Virus record (IMG/VR): IMGVR_UViG_3300037851_000079
Location: 1 to 27,321 of that record
Length of the DNA: 27,321 bases
From: a virus
Taxonomy: Duplodnaviria; Caudoviricetes
Strand: one strand, 5' to 3'
Part shown: positions 10,052 to 16,866 of the stretch, in pieces
Position numbering within the stretch: position 1 is the first letter of the stretch
How the letters are laid out: each line of letters starts with the position of its first letter
Notes under the pieces: generated by a model
Databases searched by the model: none
Seen by the model: only the letters and a program-made list of their open reading frames with translations
Told to the model about the DNA's origin: nothing
Program-made: the position numbers and the translations under genes

Positions 10052-10314
10052 TGCAAGATCTAATCGGATTTATATTGCCAATAGTTATCGACTATATTAA
10101 CAAGTTTCCGGCGTTTTCAGACTCCCGGGTGCGTTATGTCGTCTCAATGGTTGTTTGTTTATTAGTGGGTGCTTTATTCCACCTAAACGAACTAAAGGCC
10201 GGATCAGTAACAGAAACATTGTCATCGGCCGGGATTATTTTCGCCGAAGCCCAAACGGTTTATAAACTGTATTGGAAAGAAAGCGGAGCCAGAGCCAGAC
10301 TAATCGGAGAATAA
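10051..10314 (+). CDS. Putative holin
   Basis: 87 aa with 2-3 hydrophobic segments and a basic C-terminus; last gene before the terminator. Confidence 0.65.
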   Translation: MQDLIGFILPIVIDYINKFPAFSDSRVRYVVSMVVCLLVGALFHLNELKAGSVTETLSSAGIIFAEAQTVYKLYWKESGARARLIGE

Positions 10315-10315
10315 A

Positions 10316-10344
10316 AAATGGTCCGGAAGCAACCCGGACCATTT
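10316..10344. terminator. Intrinsic terminator-like hairpin ending the tail/lysis operon (possibly bidirectional)
   Basis: AAATGGTCCGG, 7-nt loop, CCGGACCATTT; preceded by an A-run, which is a U-tract on the minus strand. Confidence 0.7.
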
Positions 10345-10431
10345 GTGGTAATGGTGGGGTGGGTGGTCGTAGTTACCGCCGTTAAATCCCGCCTATAATA
10401 ATTATCTCATAGCTAATCTACTAGATACCCA

Positions 10432-10469
10432 TTGACAAGTGATATCTCTACCCCTTATACTCCTAGTTA
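10432..10469 (+). promoter_or_regulatory. Sigma70-type early promoter, near-leaderless
   Basis: TTGACA (10432-10437), 18 nt, TATACT (10456-10461), 8 nt, ATG 10470. Confidence 0.8.
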
Positions 10470-10724
10470 ATGGGATACACGTCAATTATTAGTAAGGAAT
10501 TGGTAACAAAATACTCGAAAGATAAAACCCTCGCCCGGGCATTTCGCTCCGACTTCAATCTCTCCCAATCTCTCCTAATTGCTTATAGAAATTTTAAGTT
10601 AGGCGAAAGTTATAGCACCATCTCCGGAGAAACCGGCATCACCACTACTAGAGTCGGTCAGATCGTCCGGTTTTATAAACACGAAATCGAGCCGTTAATC
10701 CGAAAATTAGAACGGCTAGATTAA
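10470..10724 (+). CDS. HTH DNA-binding protein (sigma70 region 4-like), probable early regulator
   Basis: GESYSTISGETGITTTRVGQIVR helix-turn-helix; first gene after the consensus promoter. Confidence 0.7.
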   Translation: MGYTSIISKELVTKYSKDKTLARAFRSDFNLSQSLLIAYRNFKLGESYSTISGETGITTTRVGQIVRFYKHEIEPLIRKLERLD

Positions 10725-10735
10725 GTTAAAAGCTA

Positions 10736-10757
10736 GAGAGGAGGTGAAAACCCAAAA
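10736..10757 (+). repeat. 22-bp exact repeat containing a strong SD (second copy at 14604-14625)
   Basis: GAGAGGAGGTGAAAACCCAAAA at both sites. Confidence 0.9.
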
Positions 10758-10795
10758 AAACTCCGACCTCACGAGTCGGAGTAAAACGATAACCT

Positions 10796-11542
10796 ATGGA
10801 AAATAATAACACGTCCACCCAAATAACGAAAGCGGAGACCCCGCAAGTCGTCAACCAACCGCAGTCGATGGGAACATTTAACCCGGCGATTGTAGTTTCG
10901 CAAGCGACCGAGGCGGCCAATGCTCTCGCCGATGTTTTAAAAAAAAAGAAAAAACCCGTAATGATAAACGGGGAGCAGTATTTGGAGTATGAGGATTGGC
11001 AAACCCTCGCCCGTTTCTACGGCTTTACCGTGGAGACCGGACAATGCGAGGAGGTATGGAGAGACGGTAAACTCGTCGGTTATAACGCCAAATCCAACGT
11101 TTACCAAAACGGAGTCCGAGCCGGAGGTGCCGAGGCTTCATGTATGCGGGACGAGCCAAAGTGGAGCAAGTCTCCCGAGTTCCAATTAAAGAGCATGGCC
11201 CAAACCCGAGCCGGATCGAAAGGTCTCCGGAATGTTTTAGCGTTTGTAGCGGTCCTAGCAGGTTACAAGCCGACCCCGGCCGAAGAAATGGACGGAGTGC
11301 CGACTCGACCAACCGCCGCAACCCCGGTTCGAACGGCCCCGGCTTATCAAGCAACACCTCGACCGGCATCCCCGGTCCAGAGTGCCACCAGACCCGCCCA
11401 AACCGCCGGAAAGGCCCCGGAAGTAGTGGAGGAGGGACAAGTATCCACCGCCACCCGGAGTAAGTGTCCAGTATGTCAAACCACCCTCATAAGCGGGAGA
11501 GGGTATCACCGACTCGATTGCCATAACCGGCCAAAGAGTTAG
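10796..11542 (+). CDS. Putative single-strand annealing/recombination protein with Pro/Ala/Thr linker and C-terminal Zn finger
   Basis: Core WQTLARFYG...AEASC...SMAQTRAGSKGLR...TPAEEM resembles phage SSAP-like proteins; CPVC...H..DC tail; lies before the initiator. Confidence 0.5.
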   Translation: MENNNTSTQITKAETPQVVNQPQSMGTFNPAIVVSQATEAANALADVLKKKKKPVMINGEQYLEYEDWQTLARFYGFTVETGQCEEVWRDGKLVGYNAKSNVYQNGVRAGGAEASCMRDEPKWSKSPEFQLKSMAQTRAGSKGLRNVLAFVAVLAGYKPTPAEEMDGVPTRPTAATPVRTAPAYQATPRPASPVQSATRPAQTAGKAPEVVEEGQVSTATRSKCPVCQTTLISGRGYHRLDCHNRPKS

Positions 11543-11552
11543 CCATTTTACC

Positions 11553-11726
11553 GGGCGAGTTACTTATTGTAATTCGCCCCATAAAGTCGCTATAGTTAAT
11601 TAGCACTTTTATATTTCGCCGTTTTCGGGTTGCCTCGATCGCACCCACTCCCGGAGTATCGGATTACTCCTCTCTAGCGAGTCTAGGGAGAGGGACGGGA
11701 GAGGTAGCCCAAAGGCGGCGAAATGT
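11553..11726 (+). ncRNA. Structured RNA element (two hairpins plus a multibranch domain) in the leader of the replication initiator
   Basis: Hairpins 11553-11579 and 11583-11609; 26-position stem 11611-11636/11701-11726 with one mismatch and five G-U pairs enclosing two inner hairpins. Confidence 0.65.
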
Positions 11727-12259
11727 CTAGCAATAAAAGAATGTCAAAAGTTAAAAAACCAGTAAAGCAAAACAACTACGAGGAGGGTTTTTGGTGTGTG
11801 GTTCCGTGGTCGATCCTCTCCGATAAAAAGCTCCCGGACACCGCTAAATTACTTTATGCGGAACTCTCCGCCCTCTCCCGGAGGGATGGTTATTGCTTTG
11901 CGAGTAATGCTTATTTAGGCGACGTTATTGGTAAAGACGAGAGTAATATTTGGCGTAATTTAAAGGTGTTATCACGGAGGGGACTTATCCACATACTAAC
12001 CAAGGGGCCAAAGAGCCGGAATTATCGCTCCATTTCGCTATCCTTTAACCGACTTATCCACTTATCCACAATGACAAAAACGCAAGATCGATATTGCAAA
12101 AACGCAAGATCGAACGAGGCTAATTTGAGCGTGCTAGAGAATAGAGTATTAGAGAATAGAGATACTACTAAGGATTTAAAAATTGGGGATAAGTTGTCGG
12201 AAGCTAAAAATAAATTATTAAATAAACTATCGATGGGAGGTAAACATGGCGTTCGATAA
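11723..12259 (+). CDS. Replication initiator with N-terminal winged HTH (alternative start 11741)
   Basis: VVPWSILSDKKLPDTAKLLYAELSAL...GYCFASNAYLG motif typical of phage replisome organisers; internal iterons. Confidence 0.85.
   Translation: MSSNKRMSKVKKPVKQNNYEEGFWCVVPWSILSDKKLPDTAKLLYAELSALSRRDGYCFASNAYLGDVIGKDESNIWRNLKVLSRRGLIHILTKGPKSRNYRSISLSFNRLIHLSTMTKTQDRYCKNARSNEANLSVLENRVLENRDTTKDLKIGDKLSEAKNKLLNKLSMGGKHGVR
11985..12192. other. Putative replication origin inside the initiator gene (iterons plus DnaA boxes)
   Basis: TTATCCACA at 11985 and 12062, TTATCCACT at 12054, inverted TGGGGATAA at 12184; CAAAAACGCAAGATCGA x2 (12075, 12097); TAGAGAATAGAG x2 (12135, 12150); AT-rich tract follows. 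Confidence 0.7.
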
Positions 12260-12539
12260 CCAAGCTACTCAAAAAGGACGGGCGATTGATTATTTTGCCG
12301 GGGTGGTTAAAAACCTCGACAAAAAAATCGAGGAGTTGAGACCGGCATACGATTATTGGGCGGACCGTGTAAATAAAGGTCAAGCCGTCGGAGCCGACAA
12401 AGAGACTAATAAATGGCACTCGGAATGGTTGGAATGTAAAAAAGAGATGGAAAATATATTAAAGGAAATCGAGTCCGCCGAGGATAGTAAATCCGGTTAT
12501 CAAAAGTCGCTCGACGATTTAATCCTAAAAAAACCATGA
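12246..12539 (+). CDS. Coiled-coil hypothetical protein
   Basis: SD GGAGGT upstream; ATGA overlap with the next gene. Confidence 0.75.
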   Translation: MAFDNQATQKGRAIDYFAGVVKNLDKKIEELRPAYDYWADRVNKGQAVGADKETNKWHSEWLECKKEMENILKEIESAEDSKSGYQKSLDDLILKKP

Positions 12540-13114
12540 GTTATGCCTACCGTTATTATCAATGCCGCCGACTTTTTCAAACGCTCCGCCCGTATTTTGT
12601 GGCTCTCGCCTCGTTTATACTCGGAGTCCTCTTTTATTTTGCGATATCGCACCGGGTTCGGGTCGAGATTGTCCAACCGATCGGAGCCGGAACTAATCAT
12701 ACCCAACTTATTATCGTGGCGACCAACTCCGCAACTCTCATCCCAACTGCTACACCCACTCCCCAGCCAATACACCCCACCACTCATATCCGCCATAGCT
12801 ACGAGGAGGTCCGGGATTATATTCGATCTAAACCGTGGGATTATAAAACCGCCGAGGCGATCGTCTCGTGTGAGTCCAGTTGGATCGCCACTAATAAAGG
12901 CAAGCCGAACCGTGACGGAACGATTGATATTGGATTATTTGGAATTAACAGTATCCACGGATGGACGGAGGCCGAGTCTATGGATGCGATTAAAAATGTG
13001 GACCAAGCGTTTACCCTTTATTTACAGGCGGAGAAGCGAACCGGGAACGGTTGGCAACCGTGGTACCCATCATTTAACCGGGGATGCGTAGCCGCCAATT
13101 TAGCCAGCTTATGA
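12536..13114 (+). CDS. Membrane-anchored lytic transglycosylase-like (SLT/lysozyme fold) protein
   Basis: N-terminal TM, PTATPTP linker, AIVSCESS (catalytic Glu), DIGLFGIN, GWQPW motifs. Confidence 0.8.
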   Translation: MSYAYRYYQCRRLFQTLRPYFVALASFILGVLFYFAISHRVRVEIVQPIGAGTNHTQLIIVATNSATLIPTATPTPQPIHPTTHIRHSYEEVRDYIRSKPWDYKTAEAIVSCESSWIATNKGKPNRDGTIDIGLFGINSIHGWTEAESMDAIKNVDQAFTLYLQAEKRTGNGWQPWYPSFNRGCVAANLASL

Positions 13115-13524
13115 AATTAACAGATAACCAACTTAAAATATTAAAGTTTCTCCGGGAGGGAGCGGGAGAGAATTATTACTATTACCGAACCATTGAGGGT
13201 GAAACTGGATTAACCCGAGAAGTAATTAAAGCGGAGTTAAAACCATTAAAGGAAATCGGAGTCGTGGAATATTGCCGGGGATTATTCGACGAGGATGGCG
13301 AGACCGCCGGATCGGGTTTAGGGGTGGCTTATGAAAAAATCCGGGAGGCCGATAAATTGATTACCGCCGCCGAGGGAAATAAACCAAAACATATACACGT
13401 CGAATTTACGGCCGATATTGTCTCCGATAATTTCGATGGTACGATGTTAATGGAGAAAGTTTATAACCTCCCGGGAATTAGAGTATTTAACCCATCATGG
13501 AGGGAAATAGGGGAGAAAAAATGA
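13111..13524 (+). CDS. Winged-helix DNA-binding protein
   Basis: MKLTDNQLKILKFL...TIEGETGLTREVIKAELKPLKEIGVVE; ATGA-coupled start at 13111. Confidence 0.65.
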   Translation: MKLTDNQLKILKFLREGAGENYYYYRTIEGETGLTREVIKAELKPLKEIGVVEYCRGLFDEDGETAGSGLGVAYEKIREADKLITAAEGNKPKHIHVEFTADIVSDNFDGTMLMEKVYNLPGIRVFNPSWREIGEKK

Positions 13525-13742
13525 GTAAAATAACAGTTACTAAAATAGAGACACTTTACGGAGTTGATTTTAACAACGGTGAATTTTTAATAAATCTCCG
13601 GATAAATGAGTGTGGACAATCGACAATAACAACGGCGAGAGGAAACGAGGAGTTTATCTTTAAAAACAGTGATCCGGCGACTATAGAGGTTATTGGTAAA
13701 TTGTTAGTTAAAGCGGCTGAAATAACAAGGGAGAATATATGA
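13521..13742 (+). CDS. Hypothetical protein
   Basis: ATGA overlaps at both ends. Confidence 0.7.
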   Translation: MSKITVTKIETLYGVDFNNGEFLINLRINECGQSTITTARGNEEFIFKNSDPATIEVIGKLLVKAAEITRENI

Positions 13743-13918
13743 AAAAAGGAATATATCGCCACATTTATCGTTATATATGCCTCGGGTGCAACCATGCCCG
13801 ATGGACTTATATATATACCCGTTATTTAGCGGCCAAGTGTACCAAGTGCCAAAAAAACGTAATCCCGGATAATCAATCCGAGTTATTTCCCCGAGAGGAG
13901 GCGACCGTTAATGGCTAA
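13739..13918 (+). CDS. Zinc-finger microprotein (59 aa, not in the ORF track)
   Basis: MKKGIYRHIYRYICLGCNHARWTYIYTRYLAAKCTKCQKNVIPDNQSELFPREEATVNG; two CxxC; ATGA overlap; fills the gap. Confidence 0.75.
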   Translation: MKKGIYRHIYRYICLGCNHARWTYIYTRYLAAKCTKCQKNVIPDNQSELFPREEATVNG

Positions 13919-13988
13919 TAAGATCGCACTATTTATCGTTTGCAAAATCCTAGCTATTTTAAATTGGTTTCGAGAGGAGGTGAGCTAA
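13911..13988 (+). CDS. 25-aa hydrophobic microprotein (not in the ORF track)
   Basis: MANKIALFIVCKILAILNWFREEVS; SD GAGAGGAGG 9 nt upstream; TAATG overlap with the next gene. Confidence 0.6.
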   Translation: MANKIALFIVCKILAILNWFREEVS

Positions 13989-14590
13989 TGAAAATCAACA
14001 AACTCATTTTAGGCTTATGTCTAATTACAGAAAATTCGACCGGCCGATCGGCTTTAGAGGCGATTAAATTCGAAGGCGATCGAGCGGTGGCGTGCGATGG
14101 TTTCCGGATGTTAATTATCCCCGTCGATAACGGAAACGATGCCCCGGCAATCCCGGGACTAACGGCTCCCACCGATCCGGGCGAGTGTTTAATCCCCGGA
14201 AAATTTATAGCCGATATGGTCCACCAAGTTAAAACTAAATCCAGAGTCCCGGACACGACTAAAGCATGGACGGTCCCAGCGGAGGATGGGTGGGTAAAGT
14301 TTTTAACCTCGGACGGTAAAACTAACACCACTAAAGAGGTAAGAAAACTCGAGGGGCAAATTTATCCGGACTATAAAAAAATATTGGCCGAGAATAAAGC
14401 CAAAAAACCAGTCGCCAAAATATCCGTCAATCCTAAATTATTACTAGGCATGATGGATGCAATATACCGCTCAGGAGTCCGGAGCCGTGTTACGTTAACC
14501 ATTAACGGAGAACTTGATCCCATTCTCTTTAGTGGTTTGGATTATGAAAACAAAGAGGTCGAGGGATTACTAATGCCAGTTAGGGCATAA
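13988..14590 (+). CDS. DNA polymerase III beta-clamp-like protein, two domains only (about 200 aa)
   Basis: AVACDGFRM (cf. ATDGHRL), EGQIYPDYKKIL (cf. G.FPDY), SVNPKLL, C-terminal LLMPVR; SD GGAGGTG before ATG 13988. Confidence 0.75.
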   Translation: MKINKLILGLCLITENSTGRSALEAIKFEGDRAVACDGFRMLIIPVDNGNDAPAIPGLTAPTDPGECLIPGKFIADMVHQVKTKSRVPDTTKAWTVPAEDGWVKFLTSDGKTNTTKEVRKLEGQIYPDYKKILAENKAKKPVAKISVNPKLLLGMMDAIYRSGVRSRVTLTINGELDPILFSGLDYENKEVEGLLMPVRA

Positions 14591-14624
14591 AAAATCTAAA
14601 AAGGAGAGGAGGTGAAAACCCAAA

Positions 14625-14903
14625 ATGATAACAAACAACTTTTACAAACAATCCGGCAAGTGGTACCACGACCACCGTGCCCGATACCAAACTAAATTCG
14701 GTATCCGGGAGGAGGGTCGGGAGTACGAATTAAAAGAGAGCGAGATAACCGAGAAAAACGGCGAGGTTAAAAAATCTCTCTATTGCCCGAAATGCTTTAT
14801 AAATTTCGACCCGGATAAATTGGTAAAGGCGGAGGAGGCCAAAATGGACATTAAAAAATTTGCCCGTCCACTCCCCCATTATCAGCCGGAGGGGAAAGTA
14901 TGA
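14625..14903 (+). CDS. Hypothetical protein with CPKC motif
   Basis: Strong SD; ATGA overlap downstream. Confidence 0.75.
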   Translation: MITNNFYKQSGKWYHDHRARYQTKFGIREEGREYELKESEITEKNGEVKKSLYCPKCFINFDPDKLVKAEEAKMDIKKFARPLPHYQPEGKV

Positions 14904-15370
14904 CCGAGAAATGTCCCCATTGTGGAGCCTCTTTAAAAAAATATTGGCACCGCATGACACCCGGACTCGTCCGTACTTTAGTTAAAGTTTATGCGGCGGT
15001 CTCCGAGAAGCGGGTTAATGAGATAAGTAAAAAAGAATTACAGTTAACCCACTCCGAGTATGGCAATTTCCAAAAACTCCGTTTCCACGGGTTAATTGCC
15101 AAATACAAGCCCGAGGGTGTATGGGAGAAAGGTAAGTGGTTAATGACCAGCCGGGGAGCCGATTTTCTTAAAGGCAATCTCCGGATACCGGATCGTGTCC
15201 AAACATTCCGGAACCGAGTAACCGACCACGCCGAGGATTATGTCTCGGTTAAGGATGTCATAGGGACGGAGCCATATTGGGACTCCGTGCCGGATTTTGC
15301 TATTGCCGCATTACCCGAGGATGTTGCCGTCCAATACGACGAGCGAGGCCAAGGGATGCTCGCAATATAA
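14900..15370 (+). CDS. Hypothetical protein (CPHCG knuckle plus winged-helix-like domain)
   Basis: CPHCG; FQKLRFHGLI...WLMTSRGADFL. Confidence 0.75.
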   Translation: MTEKCPHCGASLKKYWHRMTPGLVRTLVKVYAAVSEKRVNEISKKELQLTHSEYGNFQKLRFHGLIAKYKPEGVWEKGKWLMTSRGADFLKGNLRIPDRVQTFRNRVTDHAEDYVSVKDVIGTEPYWDSVPDFAIAALPEDVAVQYDERGQGMLAI

Positions 15371-15384
15371 AGGGGGTGATATTT

Positions 15385-15555
15385 ATGTTAGGAATAAAAA
15401 GCCAACCAACCCAAATGATTGAAGTATTAAAAAAACTTCTCGAAGTTAATACCGAGATTTTAGCCGAATTAAAAAACAGGCAAATCGATAGTAACAAGCT
15501 CGACAAGTTTCCCGGCATGGGTGCCGGAGGAGCACCCGGGAGGGGTAAAGCATGA
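15385..15555 (+). CDS. Small hypothetical protein
   Basis: SD GGGGGTG before ATG 15385; ATGA overlap downstream. Confidence 0.6.
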   Translation: MLGIKSQPTQMIEVLKKLLEVNTEILAELKNRQIDSNKLDKFPGMGAGGAPGRGKA

Positions 15556-15674
15556 TTAAACTACTCCGCCGTCTTTGGTGGTATCTAAACGATAAATGTA
15601 CTAAGGACGGCGGAGAGTTAGAGGAGCACATTAACGGGCACTATTATTGCCGCAAATGCGGCGAGAAAAACTAA
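15552..15674 (+). CDS. Zinc-ribbon microprotein (40 aa, not in the ORF track)
   Basis: MIKLLRRLWWYLNDKCTKDGGELEEHINGHYYCRKCGEKN; CxxDG...YCxxCG; ATGA overlap. Confidence 0.7.
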   Translation: MIKLLRRLWWYLNDKCTKDGGELEEHINGHYYCRKCGEKN

Positions 15675-15678
15675 AAAA

Positions 15679-15882
15679 ATGGAATATCAATTTAAAACTA
15701 GCGGACAATTATACCGGGAGAGATTGGAGAAATCCGGGACGACATGGACGGACGTAAAGTGCGAGGAATGCGGCCAAGAATTAACCAACCATCAACTCGC
15801 CTATTCCCGGAGAGTTTTTAAACGGGCACTATGCTATTTAGATCAAAAGATAATCCGAGAGGGGGTGAGTAAAAAGTGCTAA
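15679..15882 (+). CDS. Small zinc-finger-like protein
   Basis: CEECG...YS...LC pattern. Confidence 0.7.
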   Translation: MEYQFKTSGQLYRERLEKSGTTWTDVKCEECGQELTNHQLAYSRRVFKRALCYLDQKIIREGVSKKC

Positions 15883-16364
15883 ATACTCCAATTCAATTAT
15901 CCGGACTAGAATATATCGGCATTTTGTTAATGGTCGCCATCCTCGATTTATTGATAATGCTACTCCAAGGGAGAGTTATCCGGATCGGGAGAAAAAACGC
16001 CGAGATTGCCAAATCGGCTCAAACCTCCGGAGATCAACGATTTACAGCTCTCGTTAATCACATTAACGACGTAAGTAAATTAGTCGATAGTCATGGAAAA
16101 GATATAGAGGACCAGTCCGAGGAAAACTTATTTAAAATACTCGACGAGATAAAGATAAACCGAAAATTGATCGAGGTCGGAATAAAGGACGTAAATAAAA
16201 ATATCCAAGAGGTTAAAACCCGCCAAGCGTGGTCTCACAAACGGGAATTAAAAGATATAAAGGCGGAAGCGGCACGGGAACCCGCACTCCGTATCCATGT
16301 AACAAACATGGGAAAAATAAAAGCCTCCGGAAGTTCCGGTGGAAGTAAAAAGAAGTCCCGGTAA
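15876..16364 (+). CDS. Membrane-anchored coiled-coil protein
   Basis: N-terminal TM (YIGILLMVAILDLLIMLL), SD GGGGGTG, basic tail. Confidence 0.7.
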   Translation: MLNTPIQLSGLEYIGILLMVAILDLLIMLLQGRVIRIGRKNAEIAKSAQTSGDQRFTALVNHINDVSKLVDSHGKDIEDQSEENLFKILDEIKINRKLIEVGIKDVNKNIQEVKTRQAWSHKRELKDIKAEAAREPALRIHVTNMGKIKASGSSGGSKKKSR

Positions 16365-16370
16365 AATGGC

Positions 16371-16412
16371 TCTAGTGGAGGTCCGGATAACTCGTCCGGA
16401 CCTCCTACTAGG
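16371..16412. terminator. Strong hairpin (terminator or processing site) between early operons
   Basis: TCTAGT-GGAGGTCCGGA, 7-nt loop, TCCGGACCTCC-T-ACTAGG; no U-tract. Confidence 0.55.
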
Positions 16413-16456
16413 GATACCCCTTGCAAACCAATAACTAAACGCATTATTATAAATAT
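16411..16456 (+). promoter_or_regulatory. Sigma70-type leaderless promoter
   Basis: GGGATACCCC, TTGCAA (16421-16426), 18 nt, TATTAT (16445-16450), 6 nt, ATG 16457; 17/18 identical to 867-884. Confidence 0.65.
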
Positions 16457-16609
16457 ATGGGAATTGCCAAAACGTTATACAAAAACACCCCGTCGGTTCC
16501 TAAACTCCTCCTCTCCGTCAATTTTCCCAAGTCATTTATAACCGGATTTTTAATGGGAACTATATTAACCGTAGCCCTATTTTTAGGGTGGTATTTAGTA
16601 GGGAGGTGA
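16457..16609 (+). CDS. 50-aa membrane microprotein (not in the ORF track)
   Basis: MGIAKTLYKNTPSVPKLLLSVNFPKSFITGFLMGTILTVALFLGWYLVGR; C-terminal TM; starts at the promoter. Confidence 0.7.
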   Translation: MGIAKTLYKNTPSVPKLLLSVNFPKSFITGFLMGTILTVALFLGWYLVGR

Positions 16610-16617
16610 CTTAATAA

Positions 16618-16866
16618 ATGTTAACCAGACGAGAAGCGATCGAAAAAATATACTCCGAGCAATTGGAGGCACTTATCCGATGTGAGGTCGATTTAAAACT
16701 ATTCGAGGAGCAAATCTCCGACAATGATCCGTTTAAGCGGACCAAAGAAGAAGTCGCCCAACTAACCGGGATTATTGAGGATACTAAACGCAAAATCTAT
16801 GCCAAACAGATAGTCGTTAAAACCCTCGAAAATATGCTAAAAGCCGAGGCTAAGGTAGGGGACTAG
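16618..16866 (+). CDS. Coiled-coil hypothetical protein
   Basis: SD GGAGGTG 9 nt upstream. Confidence 0.75.
   Translation: MLTRREAIEKIYSEQLEALIRCEVDLKLFEEQISDNDPFKRTKEEVAQLTGIIEDTKRKIYAKQIVVKTLENMLKAEAKVGD

Noticed and set aside
10315-10470. attP site or lysogeny switch
   Set aside because: No integrase or divergent repressor gene in the window, and no host sequence to compare
10744-10806. 20-codon GTG ORF starting inside the orphan SD
   Set aside because: The start lies within the SD itself, there is no upstream RBS and the peptide has no recognisable features
11611-11726. tRNA or known self-cleaving ribozyme
   Set aside because: No T-loop GTTCRA, D-loop or CCA pattern and no hammerhead CTGANGA/GAAA core; an Rfam search is still needed
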